Assembly (NCBI GenBank): GCA_963791045.1
Contig: CAWBQK010000009.1
Coordinates: 128,001 to 192,000, forward strand
Length of the DNA stretch: 64,000 nucleotides
Direction: 5' to 3'
Source: Candidatus Latescibacterota bacterium
GTDB taxonomy: Bacteria > Krumholzibacteriota > Krumholzibacteriia > WVZY01
Shown: piece by piece, positions 39,823 through 50,840 of the stretch
How the letters are laid out: each line of letters opens with the position of its first letter
Position numbering within the stretch: position 1 is the first letter of the stretch
Notes under the pieces: model-generated
Databases searched by the model: none
What the model was told of the DNA's origin: nothing
The model's input: the letters and a program-made list of their open reading frames with translations, nothing else
Program-made: the position numbers and the translations under genes

Positions 39823-41934
39823 TTAGCGAGGGGTGGCGTCGGGGAGGCCGCCGTCTACGGGGATCGTCGCCCCGGTGGTCGGCGTCTGGTGGGTCACAAA
39901 AAAGAGGATCGCGTTGGATACATGTTCGGCGGTGACCCTCATCTTCAAGAGATTCCGGTTCTTGTAGTAATCTTCGAGGCCCTTCTCATCGAGGCCTCGG
40001 GCCTTCATCCGCCCGGGGCCTACCTCGTCCCACAAGCCGGAGCGCTGCTCGCCGTGCGAGAACACCGCATCGGGAGAAACCATGTTGACGCGGACGCCCA
40101 ACGGGGCAAGTTCCTGACTGGCGATCCGCGCGAGCTGGTGCGCCGCCGCCTTGGTCGCGCTGTACGCGCCGAATGTCGCGCCCGGCGCGAACACATTCTT
40201 CGTCGACACCAGGATAATGTCGCCGCCGGTTCCCTGCTTTTCGAAGTGCCGGCCCGCCTCGGCGAACACATGCAGCGTCCCTTCAATATTGATCGCTTCG
40301 AGCTTGCGAAACGTCTCCGGGTCGAGATCGTTCAACGCCGCCACGTGCGCGGCGCCCGCATTCGCAATCACAATATCGATGCCGCCCCACCCCTGGATTA
40401 TACGATTGAATCCTTCTCTGACCGACTCGGGCTTTGTCACATCGATGGGAACGGCGAACACACGCTCGCCGTAGCGCTTCTTGAACACTGCGGTGAGAGC
40501 GACCAGACGTTCCGCGTCGATGTCGGAAACGGCGACATGACATCCCGCATCCAGCAAACCCTCGCAGACTCCTGCGCCGATCGCGCCCGCGGCGCCCGTA
40601 ACAACAGCGACGGAGCGGCCGAGCGCCGGGGCGGCGCCGCGTGCGAGCTTCGCATGCTGGAGTGAAAGATACTCCATGTCGAAAAGATGTTCTTCGGTCA
40701 GCCCTTCGTACTCGCACCCCGCGGCGGCAAGACGCAGTTTGACGTCGATCGTTTGCACGACGATGTCGCGGACAATCCCCGCCTCGTTGACATTCTTGCC
40801 CGCACACACCACGCCCACACCGGGGATCATAATGACGCGCGGCATCGCGTCGAACCGATCGACGCCGGGCGAGAGCCGCGAAGCGTGGCGTTCGAAGTAC
40901 GCGTCGTACTCGTTCGCGTATTCGTCAATTGCCGAAGCGATTTGCTTTCTTATCGCGTCGCCGTCGTCGAACGCGACGTTGTCGACCCAGAGAACAAACG
41001 GTTTCGTTCTGATAAGATGATCGGCGGTCAGTGGCGGCGTCAGCGCAAGGGCCTTGCCGCGGTCGGAATCGACAAGGGCAAGCGCTTCATCGGTAATCAA
41101 CGGTCGAAGTATCATACGATCGTACGGTTCGTCGGGATCATCGGTCTTGACGGCAAGGAGTCCGCGAAGAACCGGCGCGAGTGCGACAAACCGCTCACGG
41201 GCAACAAACGGATCGGTTTTTGAAGCGGGCAGGCGCGCGTCGCTCTTCTTCCCCGCCATATATTCCTCGGCTCGGGTGACGAGATCGATGGTCTTTTCGT
41301 ACGACTCGCGCGCGTCGTCACCCCAGGTGAGAAGACCGTGTTTGGCGAGAACCATCCCGACGGCGTCCGGCGCCTTGTCGTACGCGTCAGCCGCCGCTTT
41401 GGCCAGTTCGAAACCCGGTTTGACATAGTCGATGACGATGACATCGTCGCCGAGCGCCTCGCGCACAACCGCCATGCCATCCGGCTGGTTGGTCAGTGCG
41501 AGAATCGCGTCGGCGTGTGTGTGGTCGATAAACTTGGCCGGTATGAAAGCATGAAGAAGCGCCTCGATGGACGGGGTCGCGGCGGCGGAGTCGAACAAAC
41601 TCGTCCGCAGCGCATTCACCATCGCAAGGTCTGTGAGCGTGTCGAGAGAACGGAGCTCGCGCAGCCCCTCGAGCACCATACCTGAGTGCCCGCCCGGAAC
41701 GATATCGGCAAGGTCATGCCCCGACGCTTTGACAAAAACGGCTGGCACATCACGGCCAAGGAGATCCGTGAACGTGCTTTTCACCGAAGTGTTGCCGCCG
41801 CCGTGGAGGACCAGCGCGCTCTCGGCACCGACGAGACGGCTCGTGTAGGTCCTCAAGGCAAGGTCGCCGCCAAATGATTTCACATAACGCGCGATAAACT
41901 CGGATGACTCCGAATCCGACCACTTGCTCTTCAT
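39823..41934 (-). CDS. Bifunctional class II aldolase / short-chain dehydrogenase (RhaEW/YuxG-like)
   Basis: VLHGGGNTSVK, PSIEALLH and DHTHAD (aldolase II); TGAAGAIG, NAG and YSATK (SDR). Confidence 0.92.
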   Translation of the reverse strand: MKSKWSDSESSEFIARYVKSFGGDLALRTYTSRLVGAESALVLHGGGNTSVKSTFTDLLGRDVPAVFVKASGHDLADIVPGGHSGMVLEGLRELRSLDTLTDLAMVNALRTSLFDSAAATPSIEALLHAFIPAKFIDHTHADAILALTNQPDGMAVVREALGDDVIVIDYVKPGFELAKAAADAYDKAPDAVGMVLAKHGLLTWGDDARESYEKTIDLVTRAEEYMAGKKSDARLPASKTDPFVARERFVALAPVLRGLLAVKTDDPDEPYDRMILRPLITDEALALVDSDRGKALALTPPLTADHLIRTKPFVLWVDNVAFDDGDAIRKQIASAIDEYANEYDAYFERHASRLSPGVDRFDAMPRVIMIPGVGVVCAGKNVNEAGIVRDIVVQTIDVKLRLAAAGCEYEGLTEEHLFDMEYLSLQHAKLARGAAPALGRSVAVVTGAAGAIGAGVCEGLLDAGCHVAVSDIDAERLVALTAVFKKRYGERVFAVPIDVTKPESVREGFNRIIQGWGGIDIVIANAGAAHVAALNDLDPETFRKLEAINIEGTLHVFAEAGRHFEKQGTGGDIILVSTKNVFAPGATFGAYSATKAAAHQLARIASQELAPLGVRVNMVSPDAVFSHGEQRSGLWDEVGPGRMKARGLDEKGLEDYYKNRNLLKMRVTAEHVSNAILFFVTHQTPTTGATIPVDGGLPDATPR

Positions 41935-41941
41935 CGTTGTT

Positions 41942-42826
41942 CTAGCCTTCCTCGTTCTTCAGCGTTTGATACATCTCAAAGGCCTCTTCGGGTGTCGCGT
42001 TTTCGTGGACGACCTTGCCGACCGCCTGGATCATCGCCTTCGGCGCATCGGACTGGAAGATGTTCCGTCCCATGTCGACACCGCACGCGCCCTGCTGAAC
42101 GGCGTTGTACGCCATTTTGAGCGCATCCAATTCTTCGAGCTTCTTGCCGCCCGCAATCACGATGGGGACGGGGCACGACGCGGTGACCGAATCGAACCCT
42201 TCGGCAACATAGTAGGTTTTGACATACGACGCCCCAAGCTCGGCGCAGATACGCGTGGCGAGCCGCATATACTTGGCGTCGCGGGCCATATCCTTGCCGA
42301 CCGCCGTCACACCGAGCACCGGAACACCATAGCGGTTACCCGCATCGACGAGACGCGTCATATTATTGACCGACTGCGTCTCGAACTCGCCGCCGATGAA
42401 CACCTGGACGGCGACCGCCGCGACATTCAAGCGCAGCGCGTCTTCCATGTCGACGGCGATGTGCTCGTTCGACATTTCCTTCAGGATGCTCGGACCGCCG
42501 CTCGCGCGGAGCACGACACCCTTGTTGAAGGTCGGCGGGATTGTCGAGCGCAGTATCCCCCGCGTGCACATGAGCGTATTCGCCCACGGCAGCAGCGGAA
42601 CGATATTGACATCGACGCGTTCGAGACCCGATGTCGGACCCATGAAATATCCGTGGTCGACGGCAAGCATTACGGTACGGTTGGACACGGGGTCGAAGAT
42701 GTTCGACAACCGGTTCTTCATCCCCCAATCGAGGGAATTCGACCCGCGCAGTTCGTACGCGGGGCTCTTCATTGGTATGTCGATATGATAATCCTTGGTC
42801 TCCTTGAGACCTTCCTTGTCCGCCAT
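41942..42826 (-). CDS. lsrF: 3-hydroxy-5-phosphonooxypentane-2,4-dione thiolase LsrF (DhnA-type class I aldolase fold)
   Basis: [31 protein letters not shown] and [20 protein letters not shown] before ATG at 42826. Confidence 0.9.
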   Translation of the reverse strand: MADKEGLKETKDYHIDIPMKSPAYELRGSNSLDWGMKNRLSNIFDPVSNRTVMLAVDHGYFMGPTSGLERVDVNIVPLLPWANTLMCTRGILRSTIPPTFNKGVVLRASGGPSILKEMSNEHIAVDMEDALRLNVAAVAVQVFIGGEFETQSVNNMTRLVDAGNRYGVPVLGVTAVGKDMARDAKYMRLATRICAELGASYVKTYYVAEGFDSVTASCPVPIVIAGGKKLEELDALKMAYNAVQQGACGVDMGRNIFQSDAPKAMIQAVGKVVHENATPEEAFEMYQTLKNEEG

Positions 42827-43032
42827 TTGCTTTCTCCTTGGTATCTGGTGTATCCGGCCGGCGATTCGAGGACCGTCATGTTTCGGGACAGTATAACTCA
42901 AAATCCGCCCCCCGGTTAAGTGTGAAAAAGGCCGCCCGAAGCGGCTTTCATCAAATCTTTTGACCGAATTCGGCCGGGAGGCTACTATTAGCCGTCTGGT
43001 GAAGTGACAATCCGCTTACAGGAGGATGACTC

Positions 43033-44546
43033 ATGAGTTACCCGTTCTGGGACGTTGGGATTGGATACGGATTTCTGATGGCGCTCATCGCCATCCCCCA
43101 CGTGTTCGTGTCTCACTTTGCCATTGGCGGGGGACTCTACCTCGTTGTGGCGGAGATCTCGGCGAGACGAGCCGGCGATTCGTTCAGGCTCGAATTTTTG
43201 CAAAAACTCTCAAAATTTTTTGTTCTCGTCACGCTCGTCTTCGGCGCCATAACCGGCGTGGGGATCTGGTTCATTATCGGACTCTTGAACCCGGCCGCCA
43301 CGGAGGCGCTGATCCACAACTTTGTTTGGGGGTGGGCGACCGAGTGGACCTTCTTCGTCATCGAAATATGCGCGGCGATGGTCTACTACTACGGCTGGCG
43401 CAAAATGTCGGCCGCGAACCACCAGATCGTCGGGTGGATATACTTTTGGGCGGCGTGGATGTCGCTTTTTATAATCAACGGCATCATCTGCATGATGCTC
43501 ACTCCGGGCAACTGGCTCGCGACGGGCAACTTCTGGGATGGTTTCTTCAACCCGACATTCTGGCCGTCACTCTTTCTCCGGACGGGGATCTGCGTTCTCC
43601 TCGCCGGTATCTTTACGATAGCCGTGGCATCGAGAGAGAACTCGGACGACGCCCGCGGCGGGCTCATCCGCTACAACACGATCTGGGCGCTCATCGGACT
43701 CGCCATCATCGTCCCGTCGTTCTTCTGGTACTGGAAGGCAATTCCCGCTGAAATCACAACCCGCGCTTTTGAGATGATGCCGACGCCGATCTCGTCGATC
43801 AACCTGTCGTTCTGGTTCCTCGGCATCCTCGCGCTGCTCCTTGTTTTCTTCGGGTTGTTCATACCCAAGCGGCTTCACATTGGCGTCGCCGTCATTCTCC
43901 TCGCGCTTGGGTTTGGGTTCTTCGGCGGATTCGAGTGGATGCGTGAATCGATCCGCAAGCCCTACGCGATCCACGGGTATATGTACGGCAATGCCGTCGA
44001 GCTCGCCAAAGAGGATGTTTACAGGGAGAGCGGTTATCTCTCGCAGATATCGCTACGGACCGGTGATGACGGGGCCGATCTCTTTCGGCACCTGTGCCGG
44101 AGTTGTCACACATTCAACGGTTACAAGCCTCTAAAACCGGCCTTTGATGGCACCGACGCGGACGTATATCGCGGCGGTGGTCAAGGGAACCCACGTGCTC
44201 ATCGGGAAACATGCCGAAGTGGTTCGGCACCGATGAAGAGGCGCGTCTCGTCGCCGACCATATCTGGTCGAAAGTGGATCAGCGACACGTGAGCGACATC
44301 CACGGCGTCGACGGCCTCGAACTCGGCGCCATCGTCTACGATAAACGCTGCGGCGGCTGCCATGTGGTCGGCGGATACAACGACAAGTCCGAGTCGCTCG
44401 AAGGTCTGACCGCCGAAGATCTCAACGATCTCCTCGACGCGGCGAGCGACTTCGGCGAGGAGATGCCCGACTTCACCGGTGACGACAGAGAGCGAGAGGC
44501 GCTTGTTCTCTATCTGCAAACGCTCGGAAAAGGGGGTGAGGAGTAA
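43033..44546 (+). CDS. Cytochrome bd-type oxidase subunit I (CydA-like) fused to two c-type cytochrome domains (frameshifts at ~44161 and ~44207)
   Basis: HVFVSHFAIGGG, GAITGVGIW, WATEWTFF, EWMRESIRKPY; CRSCH...NMPKW and CGGCH...EMPDF. Confidence 0.8.
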
Positions 44547-45573
44547 TGACTCTCCCTGAATACAATTTTATCCCCGCTCCTCTGTGGCTGGTCACGGTTC
44601 TGCACCTTCTTACGCTGGTGCTGCACTTTGTGGCGATGAACTTCGTGCTCGGCGGTCTCCTCGTTCTCTTGTTCGGCAAGATAGAGAACAAATGGGAGAA
44701 CCCCGCGCTGAGGAAATACATAAAGCTCCTTCCCGTCGGCGATGGCGGCGACGGTCACCTTTGGTGTCGCGCCTCTATTGTTCTTACAGCTTACGTACGC
44801 CAAACCGGTCTACTCGGCGGCGATCGTGAGCGCGTGGTTCTGGCTCGACATCATTGGCGCGGTCATTGTCGGGTACTACTGCCTGTATGCCTCGGCATTC
44901 GCGAACACGTTGAAAACCAACCGGCTTCCAATATACCTCTCGGTCGCCGCGATCATGGCCCTGTATGTCGCGCTTGTTTACAGCACTGTGTTTTCAATGG
45001 TCGAGAAACCCGACGTGTACGAGGCGCTTTATGCGGCCAACCAGTCCGGACTCGTGGTCAACACCGATATCGGCCACTGGCTCGTCCGTTGGATCCACAT
45101 GATCCTCGGCGCCTTCACCGTCGGAGCGTTCTTTGTCGGAGTTATCGGCAAGGACGACGATGCGGTATTCACGATGGGCAAGAAATTCTTTCTCTTCGGA
45201 ATGATCGCGACCATGGTGATAGGTTTTGTGTACCTCTTCACTCTCGGCGAACACCTGGTGGCCGTCATGCGCTCACCCGTCATCTGGGCGGTGACCGCGG
45301 GGACTTCTTCTGTCGCTCTTCTCGCTCCACAGTTTTTACAAGAAGAACTTCGTTCTGTCGGGGCTTCTCGTCTTTGTGTCGATGGCGGCGATGGTGATCG
45401 CGCGGCACTGGCTGCGCATCATCTATCTTGACGGCCGGTTCGACCCGACCGCGATGCCGGTGTCGCCGCAGTGGTCGGTTTTCGCGATGTTCCTGATCTT
45501 CTTCGTCATCGCCCTCGTGCTGGTGGCGTGGATGTTGAAAATGCTCTTCTCAGGACAGGAGCAGGAGGCGTAG
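44546..45573 (+). CDS. Membrane partner subunit of the bd-like oxidase (CydA'-like; two frameshifts)
   Basis: TAATG coupling to the upstream gene; LHFVAMNFVLGG, TFGVAPLLFLQL and RWIHMILGA; three hydrophobic ORF pieces joined at ~44740 and ~45310-45375. Confidence 0.65.
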
Positions 45574-45746
45574 GGGTCGACGAAAACCCCGAGAGTGCAC
45601 GGGAATTTAGCAGTGCAACCTGCGGGGCGGGATTTCGTATGAATTGTATATAGACAAGTCGGGCGCGGCGCCTTGCCGTGACCGGGACGATCCACGATTC
45701 AGGGGCCGGCGAGGAGGATGTTGCCTTCCCGCCGGCCTTCTGAACG

Positions 45747-47357
45747 ATGCGGTCACATTCCACAAGAGGCACTATCATAAACAGGACATCCCATAACTCG
45801 CTGTTATTTATACTAATAACCGCAGCGCTGGCAATCGCGGCCGCGGCGCCCGCGCCACTTTGGGCGAATGACGACCCGATCAAGATTTCCCCCGAAAAAC
45901 TCACCGAAGAGATCGCCGCGCAGAACGCGGACATCCACTACGGCGGACTCATGATCCACGCAGACCAGACCGTCACCGGACCCGTGGTCATTGTCGACGG
46001 GGCGCTCGACATCCAGGACGGCGCGGTGCTCGAGGGCGACGCCTGGGTGGTCAACGGAAACGTCGTCATCACGGGCGGCGGCAAGGTTAACGGCCGCCTC
46101 AACCTCGTCAACAGCCAGACCTACGCATCGCATGACGCGGCGGTCACGGGCGGCACCACTCATTACAAATCCCAGTGCCGGATCGACGCCGCCAAGTACC
46201 AGCGTGAGGGGCGGCTTGTTTTTGTAAAATTCGAAGACCCGACGGTGCCCCACATTTCGCCCGCCGCCCTGCCGGGACTTCCAACACGCGTGCGCTACGA
46301 CCTCATCCGCATCGGGGTGCAACGCGAATGCAAAGAGACTCCCGAGAAATTCTCACAATGGAGAGCGCTCGTACACATTCCGGCGTACATTAGCACGCAG
46401 CACGGTTTTCTCGGCTTCGACGTCACGGGGCGGATTCCGCTCACGGAAGGCGGACTCGCGCTCACACTCGACGGATACAAGATCCTCCACACCGAGGACA
46501 GCTGGCAGGTGTCGCGTATCGAGAATGCGGCGATGCTCGTCGCTGCGGGCAGCGAGTACGCCAACTATTTCGAAAAGCGCGGGGGCAAGGCGGGACTCGT
46601 TTGGAAATCAGATGGTTTCGTCAAGGTCGGTCTTTTCGGGTTTTACCAAGAAGACGTGTCGATGGAGACCCGCAAGACGTTTACGCTCTTTGGCGACGAC
46701 GACGATTTGCCCGAGAACCCGGCTATCGAGGACGGCTACCGGGCGGCGGGCATGATCGGCGCCGCATACGACTCGCGCGAGGATATTTACGCGAACGAAA
46801 ACGCGTGGTTTCTCGGATGCACGTTCGAAGCGGGCCGGCACTCGCCGCACGCCGACGGGGCGGATTCTTACGATTACTCAGCCTTCACTGTCGAGACCAA
46901 TCGCTACAACCGGCTGCCGATGGGGTTTCAGTGGGACATCGGGGCGCGTCTCTCGTCCGCCTTCGACAGGATTCCCCATCAACTCTATCAAACACTGAAC
47001 GGCTACGGCGGCATCCGCGGGACGAACCGCATTCCGTTCGATGTCGACCGCGGCGACCGCATGATCCGCGTGTCGACCGAACTCCGGTACGAACTTCCCT
47101 CCCTCCCGATCGTCAACTGGGTGTACTCGACGTGGCATCTGCTCGGGTTCGCCGACGCCGGTCTTCTCGCGCAGGCGGAGAGCCCGACATCGACATTCGG
47201 TTTTCTCGACACGTCGTTCTCAAACTGGAAGAAATCAGTGGGCGCCGGGATATCCGGCGAGTCGTTCTTTCCCTATTTTGGCATCTATGTCGCCAAGGAA
47301 ATCGACGGCGACCGCAAATCGCCGCGGGTCATCGTCCGTATAGAAAAGACGTTCTGA
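45747..47357 (+). CDS. Outer-membrane Omp85/BamA-TamA-like protein with N-terminal bactofilin-like beta-helix
   Basis: Signal peptide; G-x-V repeats (VTGPVVIVDGALDI..VLEGDAWVVNGNVVI..VNGRL); YDSR, GYGGIRG, FADAG and KSVGAGI motifs; terminal F. Start uncertain. Confidence 0.65.
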   Translation: MRSHSTRGTIINRTSHNSLLFILITAALAIAAAAPAPLWANDDPIKISPEKLTEEIAAQNADIHYGGLMIHADQTVTGPVVIVDGALDIQDGAVLEGDAWVVNGNVVITGGGKVNGRLNLVNSQTYASHDAAVTGGTTHYKSQCRIDAAKYQREGRLVFVKFEDPTVPHISPAALPGLPTRVRYDLIRIGVQRECKETPEKFSQWRALVHIPAYISTQHGFLGFDVTGRIPLTEGGLALTLDGYKILHTEDSWQVSRIENAAMLVAAGSEYANYFEKRGGKAGLVWKSDGFVKVGLFGFYQEDVSMETRKTFTLFGDDDDLPENPAIEDGYRAAGMIGAAYDSREDIYANENAWFLGCTFEAGRHSPHADGADSYDYSAFTVETNRYNRLPMGFQWDIGARLSSAFDRIPHQLYQTLNGYGGIRGTNRIPFDVDRGDRMIRVSTELRYELPSLPIVNWVYSTWHLLGFADAGLLAQAESPTSTFGFLDTSFSNWKKSVGAGISGESFFPYFGIYVAKEIDGDRKSPRVIVRIEKTF

Positions 47358-47358
47358 T

Positions 47359-48360
47359 ATGACCGAACACGCCAACATACTCGTCGTCGACAAACTCCGG
47401 AAGGAGTTCAAACGGGTCGCTGCTCTGCGAGATATCGACATCGTTCTCGACAAACCGGGGGTGTACGGCTTTCTCGGACCCAACGGCGCCGGCAAGACGA
47501 CAACATTCAAACTGATTTGCGGGCTTCTCCATCCGACATCGGGACGCGTCCTCGTCGACGGCATCGATGTCTCGCGCTCGCCGCGTGAGGCGATGACACG
47601 GCTTGGCGTCCAGTTCGACGCGACTTCTTTCTATCCTTATCTGAGCGGTCGCGACAATCTCGGTGTCGTCGCGCGATGGCTAGACAATCCTGTCGACGAC
47701 AATCGCGTCGACGCACTTCTAGACCAGGTGGGCCTGGGCGCCGCGGCCGAGCGCAAAGTCGCCGGGTACTCGTGGGGGATGCGTCAGCGTCTCGGGCTTG
47801 CCTCCGCGCTTCTCTCCGATCCGCGGTTGGTGCTCCTCGATGAGCCGACAAACGGACTCGACCCCGCGGGGATCGCCGACATCCGCGGACTTCTTCCCCG
47901 TCTCGCGCGCGAAGAAGGGCGGACGGTTTTCTTGTCATCGCACCGGATGGAAGAAGTCGAACAGGTTTGCGATCACGTCACGATCATTCACGAGGGAGCC
48001 ATCGTCGCGTCGGGAACGCCCGCCGGACTTGCGTCGGCAGAAACAGCCGTCGAGATCCACTGCGGCGACCCGCACGGCGCCGCGGGAATCCTCGAGAAGA
48101 TGGCCGGCGAAATTAGCGCGACTGTGATCTCGGCGACGGCGCTCCGGGTCCAGTGCGGCGCCGCAACGCCAGGCGCGATCAACAAGCATCTTGTCGAGCA
48201 CGGCGTCGCCGTCGAGCAAATCTTTGACCGTGGCGAATCTCTCGAACAGGTGTTTTTCCGCCTGACCGGCGAGAGAGGCACGTCCGATGCGCCAGGCTCC
48301 ATCGGCGCGCCCGGCGACATCCGCGAACGCACCGAAGGCGACGGGGGGGCGAGCGGATGA
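47359..48360 (+). CDS. ABC-2 type transporter ATP-binding protein
   Basis: GPNGAGKTT, YSWGMRQR, LLDEPTNGLDP and SSH motifs. Confidence 0.95.
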   Translation: MTEHANILVVDKLRKEFKRVAALRDIDIVLDKPGVYGFLGPNGAGKTTTFKLICGLLHPTSGRVLVDGIDVSRSPREAMTRLGVQFDATSFYPYLSGRDNLGVVARWLDNPVDDNRVDALLDQVGLGAAAERKVAGYSWGMRQRLGLASALLSDPRLVLLDEPTNGLDPAGIADIRGLLPRLAREEGRTVFLSSHRMEEVEQVCDHVTIIHEGAIVASGTPAGLASAETAVEIHCGDPHGAAGILEKMAGEISATVISATALRVQCGAATPGAINKHLVEHGVAVEQIFDRGESLEQVFFRLTGERGTSDAPGSIGAPGDIRERTEGDGGASG

Positions 48361-49166
48361 AAGGTGATTTCAAAAAAGTACTGGCCGCGGAGGCGTACAA
48401 ACTCAGAAGACAGCGCGCGCCTTATGTCCTGACGGCGATGGTCGTTCTTCTCGCCGTACTTATGTATTTCGTGTTCGAGTTCACCGCGCGGCGCAACTGG
48501 ATGGGCGTGCCGAGCGGGCACTTTGTCTCCGCCTCCGCGCTCGGATGGATGACGACGGTCATGACCCTTCTCGCCATCGTTCTCACCAGCTTTCTCGTCG
48601 CGCAGGAATTCGCGCAGGGTACGGTCAAGAGCACGTGGGTTCGGCCCGTCACGCGCAGGAAATGGTACGCCGCCAAGATCGTCACCGCGGCATCGTCGGC
48701 GACCGGGTTTTTCCTTCTCGCCGCCGCCGTCATAACGTTGCTCGCCCTCGTCCGGCTGGGGTTTTCCGATCTTCTCGAAAAGAACTATGTCGTCCACACG
48801 GCGGGGAGCCTCACCGCGCGGCTGATCTTGACCACCGGCCTCACCATCTGGGGGTTGTGGGCGGTGTGCACGGTGGTTGGTGTCGTCGCGGGCTGGATCT
48901 GCCATCCAGGTGGAACCATCGCGACGAGCATCGGTATCGGCATCGTCCTCACCGTCGTGGGCGCGTTCGAAGTGGCGCAGCCGTTCGTCGTCACCACATG
49001 CGTGTCGGCGCCGTTCGAACAAATGGTGGCAATGACAAAGGGCCTGCCGCTTCCACACGAATGGAATGACCTGGTAAAGATGACACTCGCGTGCGGCGGC
49101 GCGTGGATGATCGCCGCTTTCGTACTCGGGCAGCAATTGATGAAGAATAAAGACGTCACACAGTAG
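48357..49166 (+). CDS. ABC-2 type transporter permease
   Basis: Six TM segments; QEFAQGTVKS...PVTRRKWYAAK; ATGA overlap with the ATPase gene. Confidence 0.88.
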   Translation: MKGDFKKVLAAEAYKLRRQRAPYVLTAMVVLLAVLMYFVFEFTARRNWMGVPSGHFVSASALGWMTTVMTLLAIVLTSFLVAQEFAQGTVKSTWVRPVTRRKWYAAKIVTAASSATGFFLLAAAVITLLALVRLGFSDLLEKNYVVHTAGSLTARLILTTGLTIWGLWAVCTVVGVVAGWICHPGGTIATSIGIGIVLTVVGAFEVAQPFVVTTCVSAPFEQMVAMTKGLPLPHEWNDLVKMTLACGGAWMIAAFVLGQQLMKNKDVTQ

Positions 49167-49175
49167 GAGTGAAGA

Positions 49176-50777
49176 ATGGCCTCCCTCTTTGGCAAACTCT
49201 CGCGCGCGTCGTTTTTGTCTCCGAATAACGGCGCCGCCGTCCGGCTGCTCGCCGTCGTTACGGCCGCCGTCATTATGGCCGCCGTCATGGTCATCGGCTT
49301 CGCCGGGGTGTTGAACGCCGAAGAAGAAGATGCATTCACAGTCTTCAAACTCAACGTTCCCGGAAAACTCCTGCAGCACTGGGTCGAGGATCTTGACGGA
49401 AACGGCCTCGAGGATATTCTCGTCATCCACCGAAAAGGGCTGGAACCCCAGGAGACCCGATGGGTGTCCGTTTTCTGGCAGGACGAGACGAAGGGGTTCG
49501 CGACGGCCCCCGACCAGTCGTGGGAGATCGACCATGACGCCGGCGTGCTCGACATTGGTGACGTCGCCGGCGACACGCGCAAGGAAATCTGTTATCTCAC
49601 CGCCAAAGGAGTCCGGTATTACCCGATAAACGGCGGACTCTACCTGTACGAGTCGCAGCGGTTGTTCGACACAACGGGGATTGTGGTCTTCCCTTCGAAG
49701 CGCACGATTCCGATGATCGACTTTGTCCGCGACTGGAACGAAAACGGCAGCGATGACGTCGCGATTGCCACATTCAAAGGTCTTCACATACACAAAAGAC
49801 TCGAAGGCGACGCGTTCGAACTCAGCAACACCATCGATATCGAACCCGAGACGGGGATCTACCGTGTAAGAACACATGGACGCGACAAGCGCACAGCCGG
49901 GCTGCGCGCGTCGTACACTTTTCCCAACGTAAATGTTCTTGATTTCAATGCTGACGGCATCAAGGACATCATCGCGTCCACCGAAGACCGCGTTGTGGTC
50001 TATCTGTGTGGTACGGACGGGCTTTTTGAATCACAGCCGTCGACAAACCATCTCTTCGACATCCGCACCCAGGAGGAGAAGATCGAAGACCAGGCCGAAA
50101 TCGAAACCTATATCGAAGATCTCAACCAGGATGGATACGCCGACGCGTTTATCACCAAGCAGACCTCTAAGGGAATCACTAATTTCCGCGGTGTCGTAAA
50201 TATATTCTGGGGCCGCCCCGGCGGCTTTAACGTCGAGCCGGATCAGCTTCTTATCTCGGAGGGCACCGCGTCGGCGGGCACCGTTTTTCTCGATGTCAAC
50301 GGGGATGGCAGGAAAGACCTCGTGCTCCCCTCGATCCAGTTCAGCATCGCGGCGATCATCCGCTTTCTCATGAGCCGGAGCATCAAGGTCAACTTCAACA
50401 TCTTTCTTCTTCAGGAAGACGATCGCTTCTCCGAACGGCCCGACTTCACCAAGGAGGTCAAGTTCAAGATCGATTTCTCCGGTGAGTCCGACGAGCAGGC
50501 AATGGATCTCGAGGGGGATTACAACGCGGACAAACGAACCGACTTTGTTTTCGCGACCGACAAGAACGAGTTGTCGATCTATCTCGGCGAGCCAGCGGGT
50601 GAGGACAGGTTGTTTTCAAAAAAACCGGTGGCAAAAGTGGCGGCGGACGCCTACGGGGAGCTGACCACACACGATCTCAACAATGACGGCTACTCGGACA
50701 TGATCATTCATTACCCGGAAAACAAAGAACTCAAGGGGACGCTGGCCGTTCTCATCAATAGGGCGGTACTCCGTTAA
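49176..50777 (+). CDS. Exported FG-GAP/VCBS repeat beta-propeller protein
   Basis: Repeated DxNxDG motifs (DLDGNGLEDI, DFNADGIKDI, DLNQDGYAD, DVNGDGRKDL, DLNNDGYSD); signal peptide. Confidence 0.88.
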   Translation: MASLFGKLSRASFLSPNNGAAVRLLAVVTAAVIMAAVMVIGFAGVLNAEEEDAFTVFKLNVPGKLLQHWVEDLDGNGLEDILVIHRKGLEPQETRWVSVFWQDETKGFATAPDQSWEIDHDAGVLDIGDVAGDTRKEICYLTAKGVRYYPINGGLYLYESQRLFDTTGIVVFPSKRTIPMIDFVRDWNENGSDDVAIATFKGLHIHKRLEGDAFELSNTIDIEPETGIYRVRTHGRDKRTAGLRASYTFPNVNVLDFNADGIKDIIASTEDRVVVYLCGTDGLFESQPSTNHLFDIRTQEEKIEDQAEIETYIEDLNQDGYADAFITKQTSKGITNFRGVVNIFWGRPGGFNVEPDQLLISEGTASAGTVFLDVNGDGRKDLVLPSIQFSIAAIIRFLMSRSIKVNFNIFLLQEDDRFSERPDFTKEVKFKIDFSGESDEQAMDLEGDYNADKRTDFVFATDKNELSIYLGEPAGEDRLFSKKPVAKVAADAYGELTTHDLNNDGYSDMIIHYPENKELKGTLAVLINRAVLR

Positions 50778-50840
50778 TCACCACCGACGTCTTTTTGACA
50801 TGCGCGCGCGGATCGGCGATCCCCACCCACCGCGCACCCG

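Noticed and set aside
41924-42919. 331-aa plus-strand ORF
   Set aside because: Antisense shadow of lsrF.
47988-49877. 629-aa minus-strand ORF
   Set aside because: Antisense shadow of the ABC and FG-GAP genes; no recognisable motifs; expected in GC-rich DNA.
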